DNA of 64,000 nucleotides from Paraspadella gotoi (taxonomy: Eukaryota; Animalia; Chaetognatha), in assembly GCA_051294375.1 (NCBI GenBank), contig CM119271.1, positions 7,740,162 through 7,804,161 on the forward strand, given 5' to 3'. Shown here one piece after another: positions 51,074-63,981 of the stretch. Each line of letters opens with the position of its first letter. Positions within the stretch are counted from its first letter, which is position 1. Made by a program: the position numbers and the translations under genes. Below the pieces are notes generated by a model. The model was given only the letters and a program-made list of their open reading frames with translations. It searched no databases and was not told the origin of the DNA.

Positions 51074-53487
51074 CTAAGACAAATCGTCCGAGTTCAAGGA
51101 CATAAGTCCAATTTTTGATCCCTGCACGATTTTAAAATGTCGCGCCTGAAATTCCGACCCCATCGGCTCCGGATATCCGCACAAGAACAAGCCGATTATT
51201 TCTCCTCCCGGCAATTGGGGCGAAACGACAACGGATCCCGAAAGACCCCAAGCCATCCCGTCGTTGCTCATGAGGAACCTTTTGGGATGCAGCAACTGGC
51301 ACAATTGCTTCGCCAAGAGATTCCGCGACTCCGCATTAACTTCCGAGTTATGTTTAAACAAAGCACTCTTCACGATCGAATCCACGATTTCTTTCGCAAC
51401 GATTTTGTCGTTTTCATTTTCGCACGATTCCTTTACCGCGTCGCACTGCGCTTGCGCATTTTTCAACAAAACGCATAGATTTTCCGAGGAAAAGTTGTTC
51501 AGCTCTTTGGGCAAAACGTCATCCCGCGATTCGAGCATCAACTTGGCCACGTGTTTACACTTTCTCGCTTCGTAATTGCTTTTGAAAAACGCTATTTCGT
51601 CGACGGTTCCCAAGGAATTTGAAGGAAACCCAAAGACGTAGACCTTGTTGAAACACCGCCAAAATCCTGGAGAATGGTTGAGTTGTATGGGCGCGGCAAG
51701 GATGTTGTCGGAGATTCTCGCTTGAGGTAACGGACTCACACGTAAAAGAACGTGGTCAGTATCTTCAACGCCGCCGTATCTAACGAGAGCGGTCGCGGGA
51801 AAATAATGTGTCGGAATCAGGGCGCCTCCAGAATTGAAACAGACGCGTGCCGTCTCCACGTTGAGTTTTGTCCACACGTGATACGCGGTAAGAATTTTGC
51901 CTATTTTACTATTGCTGTCGTAAGAGACGAGAGTTGCATTTCCTTCGAGTTTCACGGGAATACCGTTGCTTGATACGGTCACGATGTAAGCTTGGGAAGA
52001 CGCCAACATGTATTTATTGATCAAGCTCACGTCCATAAAACTTCCGCCTTTTCCCACTTCCTCGCTTTTCTTTTGGCGAAGTGGGGGTCTGGCCATTTCG
52101 GCAGGGGGAGAGGAATTCGCTTGGTTGCCGTTGGGGTCCATGCCGACCGTCAATGAATTATCATTGCTTACTCCCTGATCAAAGCTGCCGAGGCTGGATC
52201 TTCCATCAGCATCGTAACTGCTGAAACTGCTGCCGATGCTGAGCTTTGCTCTTTTGTTCGTCGGTTCGTCGATCGATTGATTGGTCGAAGATATTCCGGA
52301 ATCCTGACTGACGGATGTGTTTAGGACTTTGGGATTACGGGGGTTCTCTTTATCGTCGTCTTCATCATCGTCGTCATCGTCGTCTTCTCTTCCGCCGGCC
52401 AAATTCTGAGAAGTTCCAATTCCCTTCTCGTAGCGATTTTTATTTTCTTCGAGTTCGTCTTCAATCCAAGTCCGAGAATTTTTCTCAGCTTCGGAAAATC
52501 TATTTTCTATCTCATTCGCCGATAATTTATGACTTTCGAACGACCACGAGACGAAATCAAGAACGAGACATTTTCGCAGAACGTCGTTGTTTTCGAGAGT
52601 CGTCGTTATACTTTTGGCTAAAACCGTGGCGTGAGATCTCATCAGCGATTTACTTCCGGAACAACTCACGCTCACGAACAGATTGGGCGGCTCTATCTCG
52701 ATAAGCGTCATCACGCCCCCTATGAATCCGCTGGCGCCATTGAGCGTCGCTTTAACCGACCCCGCTTCGCAGAATTCGAAAAGCGGCAGGGGCAACCAAG
52801 GGGATACGACGGAAACGTCCGTACCAAACGAGGTAAGTTTATATTTTGCAGCGAGGTTGAAACGATTTTCCACCGGGAGTTGAGGCAATTTCACATCGGG
52901 CAGTCGAAGGGATAACAGCGGGCAGTAGAACCACTCTCTCAATTTATCTTCTAGAATTTGCTTGGCTTTTGCAGGGGGCGTCGTGGGGAATAAGAGCCGT
53001 TGCATCCTCAGTTCGTAAATCGCTTCGTCAAAACTGGATTCGGTATAGTGGAGCTTCCGAAGGAATTGCGCCGGAGCGAAGCCACTAGAAACGATTTCCG
53101 CGAAAGGATTAATTTTCTCGGCGTCCAGGATCCAAGTGTGCTCTATATATTCCACGATTTCTTCGAAGTCAGAGGGCAGCACCCCAAGAGTCGATTTCCA
53201 GCTCGCCCTCGCTTCCATGACGGGCGATTCCATGATGAAGGACACGTCCATAAATACTTCGTCTGGAGACGTTTTCGTCATTTTCTCTTCTTCGACGTAG
53301 ACTTGGTCCGGTCTGGTAACGTAATTCATTAACGGCGGCGAAAGCGAGCTTCCCGAGTCGGTCGACGAGTCTCGGGAGAAGGTCGCCTTTTCGGTCTCCA
53401 TCGAGGAAAAGGCCGAGTCGGGTGACGATGGAGAGAGAGAAGGTTTTAAAGATTCGAATTGGGAAGTGAGTGAAGATTCCGACGGAT
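51074..53487 (-). CDS. Paralog B: S-rich N-terminus, COR-like region, linker and trypsin-like serine protease (large exon)
   Basis: Acceptor ccttcag| at 53488-53490. Triad motifs ILTAYHV, TDHVLL and GLSGSVVV. Clearly paralogous to 48404-50504. Confidence 0.87.
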
Positions 53488-53575
53488 CTGAAGGTGAGAG
53501 AAAGTGAAATGATGTTTTAGAATAATATAAGTTTATATTTATATTATATTGAGGCAGCTTTAAGTCTTGCCTCAC

Positions 53576-53631
53576 TGCTGTCCGTCCTCAGCCTCGTCTT
53601 GGCTTGGGCTCGGCTTGAGCACTGTTTACAA
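53576..53631 (-). CDS. Possible small upstream exon of paralog B
   Basis: A phase-1 donor A|gtgagg matches the 53487 acceptor, reading ..RAQAKTRLRTDS-N-PSES. Confidence 0.4.
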
Positions 53632-54285
53632 CTCCGTAAAGAAAATAATAAACTTAATTAAAATACGATAAAATAAAATATTTATTATATATATATGTAT
53701 CTATGAAATTGGTACAACCAATATAAATATAATATTGTGGCAGCAAGACTTAAAGCTGCCAATTTCATAGATATCTACAAAATATTTTGTTTTATCGTCA
53801 TCTCTGACATTTCCAAAGTGAAAATGTATTTTAATTAAGTTTATTATTTTCTTTATGAGTTGTAAACAGTGCTCAAGCCAAAAGAAAATAAATAGTTTTA
53901 GCTTAAGCACCTCAACTACCTTATGGAGCATTTACATTAATATAGAAAATATTATCTTATGGAACGCGGAACTTTGAATCTACTTTACGTTGATATAGAA
54001 ATTATGTTTTTATGATAACATCTGCATGCTTTTCCCATTTTGTTTTTTTATACATTTTTAAATTGAAAAAGATTGAAATTTGTGATTGTATGTTATACGT
54101 AACGTGTTAACTATTTCTTGGAACTGAGAAAACTTAGACCTTCTATTGAAACGAGTTTGATAGTAATACCGAATAAAATAAAATAAAAAATTCAAAGTCA
54201 CGATTTCTTGCCTCACTCAACCGAAATTTGATAACAACTTTTTTTTTTGTGGCGAAACCCGCAGTGCAGATTACGCCTAATTTGA

Positions 54286-55893
54286 GTCACGTGACGTAGC
54301 CGAAAATGAAAATTACAGCCGTCTTTTCAAACTGTTCTGTCTGTCATTCAACTGAGAAAGAAGAAAAAAACATTTAACAAGACCAACCTGAAATCCTTTC
54401 TCGACTGGAAGAGGATTTTTTAAGGTTTTTCTCCATTCTCAGAAGCGGGGTTTTTTTTTTCGGTTTTAAGTGAAACTTCCTTTAAGTCTCGTTGTTATCG
54501 TTGTTGGTTTTATCAGGATTTATGTCAAAATTTATTGTTCAAAGTTCATTTTTTTTTCAGATCGGAATTTGCCAAAAAAATATTTTGCTCAAATTAAAGA
54601 TCCGCGAAAAAAGTTTTAAATCGATTTCGAATTCGAGCGTTATTCTTCCCGACAGTTATGAATTGTCTTTTTTAAAAAGAGAATTGTTAAGTAGTCTTCG
54701 TATCTGTTTAGTTCCTACTCAAGATAATAATTTCGTTTTCGTAAATCCACGAGATTTGGGAACGGTTATATTAGATGCCACGCGATTGGAGATGCCACGA
54801 TGAAACCATCGCATCGAAACCTTCTTTAACTCAATTGAATAAGATGAAGCGAATGTATTCGTCAGAACCCAGGGGGTTTTGTCGGTGAAAATCCCAACCA
54901 ACTCGAGCAGCTGTTGTCGAGAATGCATTCCGTCCGTTGGGAAGCGGCGCTGCAGTCGCGGCAGCCTCGACTGCTCTTTTGCTGGTTAACAAACCTTTTA
55001 GAAAATAACGTAATGATTAAAATTATGATCAATAGTTTTTGAAAATCATAGTTGACTCAGAACGTTCGTGATTTAACTGTTTAAAACTTTAATATAAAAT
55101 ATTATTATTATATGCTTTAAATACTGTAACTACGCGATTTCTGACTCACAGCAGCAGCGGCAGGATTTGGAGAGAGAACCGTTCAACCGTAAAGTCGCAT
55201 TTCCTCAAAGTCAAACCGCAGACGGGATATCGGATTAATGAGATAAAAAGATAGCTATATATATATATATATATATATATAATTTAGAACATATTAGAAA
55301 GAAGTTTTATTATTTTTTTTGTCGAAGATATAGATAATATTTAAACCCGAACGTCTTAGTAGTAGTAGTCCGTTATACTTTCGTTATCAATAAATTATTT
55401 GGTTCACAAACAAGGATTTTTTATTTTCACAAACGAACATGTTTTCGTTATCAAATTAACTGGTGTTCTACTTTTTTTTTTTTACTTCGTTGAATTGTTC
55501 GTTAGTTCCTTTTTCTCCTTCTCTCATTCCTTCTCTCCTTTCGTTCGATTGTATAAATCAAGAGTCGAGTAACAAACAAGAAAAAAAAAAAGGTCACGTG
55601 ACTTTACTTTGAAATTCCGCCCCGCGTTCACCGGCGACGAGAAAAAGAAAGACACAAAAGAAAAGAAAAAAAAAGGGAAAAGAAAGAAAATAGGGCGCGT
55701 TAAACGAATAAATAAAAAGGCCGTTTATTTCTAAACCGCGTGATTCGATTTCCTAACGAAGAATTTTCCTTTTATTTTCTTTTTTTTTCCCCTTTTTTTT
55801 ATTCCTCCGTTTCTTTTCTTTTCTCCTTTCTCCCGCTTCTCTATTGAATGACACTTTGGGGAAATCTTCTAAGCCTTTTGAGATGACTCGATC

Positions 55894-55929
<36 letters not shown>

Positions 55930-56053
55930 GAGAGAGGGAGAGGGAGAGAGAAGAAAGGAGGAAGGAAAGAATGAAGGAAAAAGAAAAAAAAAGGAATATG
56001 TATGAAAGAATGAACAACTAAAACGAAAAAGGATGGGATCTAAAATAAGAGGA

Positions 56054-56085
<32 letters not shown>

Positions 56086-57865
56086 ANNNNNNNNNNNNNN
56101 NNNNNNNNNNNNNNNNNNNNNNNNNNNNNNNNNNNNNNNNNNNNNNNNNNNNNNNNNNNNNNNNNNNNNNNNNNNNNNNNNNNNNNNNNNNNNNNNNNNN
56201 NNNNNNNNNNNNNNNNNNNNNNNNNNNNNNNNNNNNNNNNNNNNNNNNNNNNNNNNNNNNNNNNNNNNNNNNNNNNNNNNNNNNNNNNNNNNNNNNNNNN
56301 NNNNNNNNNNNNNNNNNNNNNNNNNNNNNNNNNNNNNNNNNNNNNNNNNNNNNNNNNAAAGTACATACACCGATTTAGACATTTATTATCTACACAAAAA
56401 CCCCGAACAAAATAAATTGATGACTTCAAATTAAACCGACAGGAGAAGGCCGAAAGAAAAATTATAAGGGTCATAACTTTTTCCCATCGAAAACGTAAAT
56501 CCACCGAAAAGAGAAGTCGTTCAGGTAAGTGACGTTTTGAACGAGAACGAGGCAAACGTAAATAAACAGAAAAAAAAGGTAAGTGCGAAAAGAAAGGATT
56601 GGGGAATAAAAAGAAAGGGAAAGAGAGAGAAAGGGAGAGAGAGAGAGAGAGGAAAGGGTGAAAGGGATAAAAAATTGAAAGGAGAAATGGGTAATGAGAA
56701 AAGGAAGAAAGAAAACCATAAGGATTGAAAAAAAAAGGAAAGGAAAAGTAAGTTCGCGACGTAAGGAGTTTGTTTTCACGTGTATTTCCCTGTGATCACA
56801 TTTACTTCACCCGCATTAACTTTGTGATCACGTGACCGTAGTTTTGTGAGAATTTTTAGGGCAAGTCGGACAAACCGACGGACAGACATACCGACTGACC
56901 GACCGACAGACCGACCGAAANNNNNNNNNNNNNNNNNNNNNNNNNNNNNNNNNNNNNNNNNNNNNNNNNNNNNNNNNNNNNNNNNNNNNNNNNNNNNNNN
57001 NNNNNNNNNNNNNNNNNNNNNNNNNNNNNNNNNNNNNNNNNNNNNNNNNNNNNNNNNNNNNNNNNNNNNNNNNNNNNNNNNNNNNNNNNNNNNNNNNNNN
57101 NNNNNNNNNNNNNNNNNNNNNNNNNNNNNNNNNNNNNNNNNNNNNNNNNNNNNNNNNNNNNNNNNNNNAACGACCCAGACTATTTTTCTCTATTTACTTT
57201 TTTTTTTTACCGTCGTCGTTGCTTGTAACGAAGTATCCCTTTATTTTCTGTCTTTATTTTTCTTTTTTAACGCGAGTCGTTGCTTGTAACGACCAAGCTT
57301 CCCCAATTTTTTTCCCCTGCCTTTTTTTTCCCTTCCAGTTCTCTCTTCTCCCTTTTTTTTCCCTTCTCTTCTTTTTCATCGCTCTCCTAAAAACTTTCGC
57401 GTCTTTTCAATTTTTCAGCTTTGGAAGAAAAAAAAGAGAAAAAAAAAGAAAAAAAAAATGAAAGGAAAGAATAAAGAAAGAAGGAATTAAGGAGGGGAAA
57501 AAAAGATTAGACAAAAGTAAAAGACAGAGAAAATAATATAATAAAATTTCCCAGCGAAAAGAATGAAAATCAAACAATCCTTTATTTCTTATCTGTCCTT
57601 GTGTAAATTTATGGAAGGGCGAGAACCGTGGAAAATAATCAACGAGTAACTTCCGGTTTAAACTTTTACTTTGTTGTCATCCGTCGTTGTCATCGTCGTC
57701 GTCGTCATCGTCATCGTCGTCGTTGTCATCGTTATCGTCGTCTTCCTCGTTTTGTTTATGGAACGGGTTTCGTTCCTTTTCCGTTTCTTTTTCGTTTTGC
57801 GAGTTTAATCCCCCATTGGCTTTGGCCGAGAATAAGATAGAAAAAAAATCTCACAGCGCATGCGC
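54286..57865. promoter_or_regulatory. Scattered promoter-type motifs: palindromic E-boxes and an NRF1/ewg-type site
   Basis: GTCACGTGAC at 54286 and 55593, TCACGTGAC at 56828, GCGCATGCGC at 57856. They lie upstream of the protease pair on the minus strand. Confidence 0.3.
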
Positions 57866-58812
57866 GAAGAAATCCCTGGTCTTGCGCCTCTCGTCCGTCG
57901 GAGCGCTCTCGCTTGACAAAAGATAATTATCGTAGCGAAAGAACATTATGGTTATTGGTTAACCCTTACCCCTAATTCCTTGGTATTTAGTTTAATTAAT
58001 CAAATATATTTTTTTATAATTCTGCGACTATTTAAAAAAAAAAACTGTTATAAATTTATGAATTTAATCAATAATAGTATATTCCGTTTTCCATGGGCGC
58101 TCGGACGAAAGCAGAAGGGGACGTAATCTTTTCCGCGTCTGCTCCTCGGCGGACGTAACAGCTTTTTAGGGGATATTTATACGGACATTTAAATGGAGAT
58201 CGAGCGACGGGCCAACTTTTTACCCGGAGACTTTCGAAAAGAATGAGACGACGACGAAGACGGCGACGACGAGAAAGAAAAGAAAAGCGACGACAACGAA
58301 CGATGACGAAGAAGAAGATAAAGAAAATGACGACGACGACGACGACAAAAACGATGACGATAGTGACGACGATGACAAAGACAGTTTGTCAATCTTTGTC
58401 AAGCTAGCGACAATGTCTACTATGAACGAATTCGACAAAAAAAAANNNNNNNNNNNNNNNNNNNNNNNNNNNNNNNNNNNNNNNNNNNNNNNNNNNNNNN
58501 NNNNNNNNNNNNNNNNNNNNNNNNNNNNNNAAAAAAAAAAAAAAAAGAAAAAGGAAAACGAAGAAAACGACGACGACAACGATGACCAAGGAGACGATAA
58601 CGACGATAACGACTAAGAAGATAATTACGTCAGCGACGAAGCGGGTAGCGACGATGACGACGACGATGATAGCGACGACGACGACGACGATGACGACGAC
58701 GACCGAAACGTGGGAAATCAGTGCGTGACGAGGAGATCCCAGGGTTAGACGCGTCAAGAAGGATTAAGGAGGCGTGGCACGTGTTTTGCGTTGAAACTTT
58801 AACGTGGAACAC

Positions 58813-58936
58813 GGTGTCAGTGTCCATATGTCAATCAGTGTCGGTGTCCATATGTCAATCGGTGTCAGTGTCCATATGTCAATCAGTGTCAGTGTCCATA
58901 TGTCGATCAGTGTCAGTGTCCATATGTCAGTGTCGG
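58813..58936. repeat. 24-bp minisatellite, about 5 copies
   Basis: Unit gtgtcagtgtccatatgtcaatca. Confidence 0.93.
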
Positions 58937-60673
58937 CGTCAGTATAAAGGGACGACAATGATTTAGTTTCTGAGTTTCCGAGTTTCTTCCAGACTACGGC
59001 TAATTTAAATAAATTGTTCTTAATGAGAAACTACTTCGTCTACAGCGACAACGAAGACGACAAAAACGAGTACGTAATGTCTTTGACCTCATCTGTCTCG
59101 CGGTGTAACGATCTTCCATCGACTTAGATGTGTTTCGATAGAAAAAAAAAACGAAAAAAAAAGAGAAAGAGAAAAAAGAAAACAGAAATAAGAAAAAAGA
59201 AAAAAAAAAGAAAACAGAATTCCTCTGCCAAAGCAGACCTTCCTTTTTCCTTCCCTGGATTCCTTTGGCTTGGAAAAAAAAAAGAAGTTAAGTTTACATT
59301 TTCTCAAAAGCTGGTGTCTAAGGAAATTAAGAAAAAGTTGTTTTGAATGATATTTATGACGACGTAGAATAAAATTCAAGCTGTTGTTGAATAGATTTAA
59401 ACTGTTTTTAGTAGCCATTCAGTTATCCATAAAATTTAATTTTGTCGAAAAGTTTGAATTGTTATATCAAAGAGACTTTTTTTCGTTGCCATTAATTTTA
59501 TGTCTTGCTATTTTGTCCATTAAACTTAAATTTAAAAATTCATTCAGGGGAAAAGCGAACAAAACTTTATATTCGAATTCGTTTTTATACTTCGTTATTA
59601 ATTCTAAAGAAAAAATGTGCGGGTAAAATTGTTTTCATTTTTACTAAACAAATACAATTGATCTTCACCATAATTTTTTCATGAAATACTATACAATCAG
59701 AACTCTTTTTTCTTTTTTTCAGAAATTCTTACTTAACTATTAAACTAACAAAAAGAAAAAGGAAACTTTAAAAAAATTCGTAAATCGAAAAGTCGCCAAG
59801 TGATTGAAAAAAAACCTCCTCGTGCTATTTTCTCATTCTCCTTCTTCGCGCTTCCCGAGTCGTAAAAGGTCGAATCGTAGCAAAGGAACCCATAACGTTT
59901 TCCTTTGTGGCCCTAATGATGCCTTTCACACGGGACGTTCTCTCTCTCTCTCTCTCTCTCTCTCTNNNNNNNNNNNNNNNNNNNNNNNNNNNNNNNNNNN
60001 NNNNNNNNNNNNNNNNNNNNNNNNNNNNNNNNNNNNNNNNNNNNNNNNNNNNNNNNNNNNNNNNNNNNNNNNNNNNNNNNNNNNNNNNNNNNNNNNNNNN
60101 NNNNNNNNNNNNNNNNNNNNNNNNNNNNNNNNNNNNNNAGAGAGAGAGAGAGAGCGAGCGCAATTTCCGTATCTATACAGCGGGGCCCGGATTTCGCGAC
60201 GAGGCCGGTAGAATGGAGCAGAAGCCANNNNNNNNNNNNNNNNNNNNNNNNNNNNNNNNNNNNNNNNNNNNNNNNNNNNNNNNNNNNNNNNNNNNNNNNN
60301 NNNNNNNNNNNNNNNNNNNNNNNNNNNNNNNNNNNNNNNNNNNNNNNNNNNNNNNNNNNNNNNNNNNNNNNNNNNNNNNNNNNNNNNNNNNNNNNNNNNN
60401 NNNNNNNNNNNNNNNNNNNNNNNNNNNNNNNNNNNNNNNNNNNNNNNNNNNNNNNNNNNNNNNNNNNNNNNNNNNNNNNNNNNNNNNNNNNNNNNNNNNN
60501 NNNNNNNNNNNNNNNNNNNNNNNNNNNNNNNNNNNNNNNNNNNNNNNNNNNNNNNNNNNNNNNNNNNNNNNNNNNNNNNNNNNNNNNNNNNNNNNNNNNN
60601 NNNNNNNNNNNNNNNNNNNNNNNNNNNNNNNNNNNNNNNNNNNNNNNNNNNNNNNNNNNNNNNNNNNNNNNNN

Positions 60674-60713
<40 letters not shown>

Positions 60714-60960
60714 CATAATAACAACATCAACACACCGAATTTTGTCTTTCTTTCCGAAATTAAATCGAGTGATAAGCATATAATGTAGAGTCGTCTGTTT
60801 TGCGATCAATCTTAATCCTTTGTATTAGTACAAATCATTCGTAGGGACAACTGGCCACGACCACGGTCGTCGTCGTTGTTTCCGTCCAATAAGTTATGTG
60901 ATTCATCTCCTAAAATAATTTCGAAAAGCGTTCGTTTAATATTTTAAAAATGATTTTCAG

Positions 60961-61176
60961 AATTCAAACCTGGAATTGGAATCTAAAATGCTAAATGTTT
61001 CGACACCAGGCACCGAACTACCCATTCCATCTTCTCTTCGAGACCGCCTCTCGGCGATGGGCCAATCGGGCCATATGCGTTCGGAGAGTTTTTCAAGTGG
61101 GCTGTCGGCGCCCCGGCTGCGGCCGGCCGGTCTGTTGAGAGGGTCGGAGCTCCAACAAAACCAATCAGCAAAATGA
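60961..61176 (+). CDS. Possible terminal exon of an unidentified plus-strand gene
   Basis: Acceptor ttttcag|, then the GC-richer frame NSNLELESKMLNVSTPG..QQNQSAK and a stop. Confidence 0.35.
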   Translation, partial: NSNLELESKMLNVSTPGTELPIPSSLRDRLSAMGQSGHMRSESFSSGLSAPRLRPAGLLRGSELQQNQSAK

Positions 61177-61911
61177 GTCCTGGACGAACTTAGAGCAAAA
61201 ACCTGTTTCGCTCTCCGCTTTTTNNNNNNNNNNTTGCCGTATTGCCGTATTGCCGTATTGCCGTATTGCCCACACGTTTTAGGAATACAATAACAATGAT
61301 AAAAAACAATAACAATAACAAAGCTCACTAAAAAAATCGTATTTGTTTCAGTTTTCTTGACAATAAATGATTTTCTTTTATTTTTAAGTCGAAAAATTCC
61401 GGAGGATTTTCATTTTCTCGTTCGGGATTTCTGACGCCATTGTTGTTGTTGTTGTTGTTGTAGTTGTTGTTATTTGTAAGACGATGGAATCTTGATTAAA
61501 TACGGGGGCAGGCATCGTCGTCGTCGTCGTCGTCGTTTTAGACGTCGTTATTATCGTCGTCAGCGACTAGAAATGAGGCGTTGCGTTTCTCCGGGCCTTG
61601 GCATAAAGAGGAGATCGACGCAAAGAGCTGCAATTGATGGAGTTCCGAGGGTGTGACGTATTGATCAGTGGACGAGCCGTTCGGGACAATCATTGTCCCT
61701 GAATTTCGGGATGTTGACATTTCCCAAAAAAAAATCACGAGGCTCATATTTGCTTCTGTTGTTGTAGTCATTTTGTCAAAGTTGTGAGAAAAGTGAGAGT
61801 CACAAATTGGCAAAACGTAAATCGTAAAAGCTCATGGAGTCTGTCTGCATCTGTCCCCATCCCTCGGCATCTGTCGGCATCTTATAAACATCGACGGTAC
61901 GCTACCACCAC

Positions 61912-61947
<36 letters not shown>

Positions 61948-62253
61948 GGCAGCCGCTACTACTAGGGCGAAAAAAAAAATAATCGGTAACGTCATTACCG
62001 ATGTCTCATTAGCGAATAGCGTCGGCGGCGATGACGATGCCGCCGCCGCCGCCGCCGACGCTGCCGCCGCCGGCATCTGCGGCATCGGCATCGGAGAAAT
62101 CGAGGATGCCGACCCGTGGCGCCGCCAATTTATGATGAGGATGATGATGACGACGACGACAAATAAGACGACGATGACGACGATGACGACGACTCCACTC
62201 ATAGTGATGAAGGTAATTTGATCCCCTTACGCCTCGTTGAAACCACGTCGTCG

Positions 62254-62285
<32 letters not shown>

Positions 62286-62796
62286 GTTGACGATATTATT
62301 TTTTCCTGTATAACTTAATCTTGAGTAGTAATAACAACAACCAAAACAACGTGAACTAAAGGAGTGAGAAGGATGACGACAAAAAGAAGGGAGTGTGAGA
62401 AGAAGAGTTAGAGAGAGAGTGGGAGCGAGGGGGAGAAATAAGAGAGAGAGTTGGAGAAAGAGAGAGAGAGAGAAAGAAAGAAAGAAAGAAAAANNNNNNN
62501 NNNNNNNNNNNNNNNNNNNNNNNNNNNNNNNNNNNNNNNNNNNNNNNNNNNNNNNNNNNNNNNNNNNNNNNNNNNNNNNNNNNNNNNNNNNNNNNNNNNN
62601 NNNNNNNNNNNNNNNNNNNNNNNNNNNNNNNNNNNNNNNNNNNNNNNNNNNNNNNNNNNNNNNNNNNNNNNNNNNNNNNNNNNNNNNNNNNNNNNNNNNN
62701 NNNNNNNNNNNNNNNNNNNNNNNNAGAATGAATGAAAAGAATGAGAGAAAGAAAGAAAGAAATAAATAGAGAAAGAAAGAAAGAGAGAGAGAGAGC

Positions 62797-62844
<48 letters not shown>

Positions 62845-63691
62845 AAAAAAAAGAAAGAAACAGAGAAACAAAAATAAAGAAACAAAGATAGAAAGAGTGA
62901 TAGAGAAAGATACGGGAAGACAGACGGACAGAACAAAATTCTTATTCCAATTCGAAATTTCGGTTCTATAACCAACGTCACCTATTTCCCCACCCCCACA
63001 TCATCTGTTCTCCCCCAATTTTCATTCTAATTCCACCTCATCTGTTTTCCTTCTGTTTATCGTCTCCTTCTACACCCCACTCTTTATCACCAAGTCTTCC
63101 ACACCCCAATATCCCCGCAACACCACCGTTATTCTTTTTGGATTCTCGATTAAATTTCATCCTCGACTTTTTTACTTTTTATTCCAATTGAAAACGAACT
63201 TAGTTTGTTTTATTTTTACGTCGGGAAGATGAAACTGAACGAGGTTGTTGTTATCGTTATATAAAAATTGGAATAGTTAATCATGAACAATCTTGGACTA
63301 AAGAACATTGATATATAAAAAAAAAAATTAAAAATTTAAAAGATAGCCAAAAAATCAAAAAACTATATTTTTTACACTAAACTTTAATTATAGGTTAATT
63401 ATAATAGTAACGAATTCGAATCTGCTAACAAAAATAAGAAAAAAACCATTTTAAAAAAATATGGGCGTATGCGAAAATTAAACTAAAAATCATTTTTTTT
63501 ATTTAAAAATGTTCACAAGCCTGTTCGCGATCTACTATTCGAATTTTGATTCTACTTGATTTTAATATTTTTGCTACGCTTTAATATATATATAAATGTA
63601 ACGACTCCGAAGCATTCTAACCCTTATCTCTAATCTAGTCTTTAACCCTAAAAAAACTAACTTTATTGCGCATTTAAGATTAAATGGGGCG

Positions 63692-63743
<52 letters not shown>

Positions 63744-63802
63744 TACAAATTCGACACTGTGACTCGTCACCCCACAACCAATAACTCGAGCAACGAACTC
63801 AC

Positions 63803-63981
63803 CCTTAGTCCGCGTGTAAACGACTTGAGAGAAATTTCCTTTTCCCTGACGATCGATGGCGCGAACGGAAAACTCGTAGGACGCGTCGGGAAGGAGACCG
63901 TCGACGACGAACTCCGTGGCGCCTGTGGGCGTGACCGGAACCGTTCGCCACGCGGAAGAGGCGCCGTGGGTGCGTTTGAAC
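63803..63981 (-). CDS. tutl: Turtle-like gene, first FN3 domain, C-terminal half
   Basis: acccag|..FKRTHGASSAWRTVPVTPTGATEFVVDGLLPDASYEFSVRAIDRQGKGNFSQVVYTRTK|gtgagt is an FN3 motif. Not in the supplied ORF track. Confidence 0.85.

Noticed and set aside
53488-53575. N-terminus MRQDLKLPQ.. of the 833-aa ORF
   Set aside because: The start is a GTG at a splice donor, and the segment is an AT-rich GT..AG intron that happens to be open.
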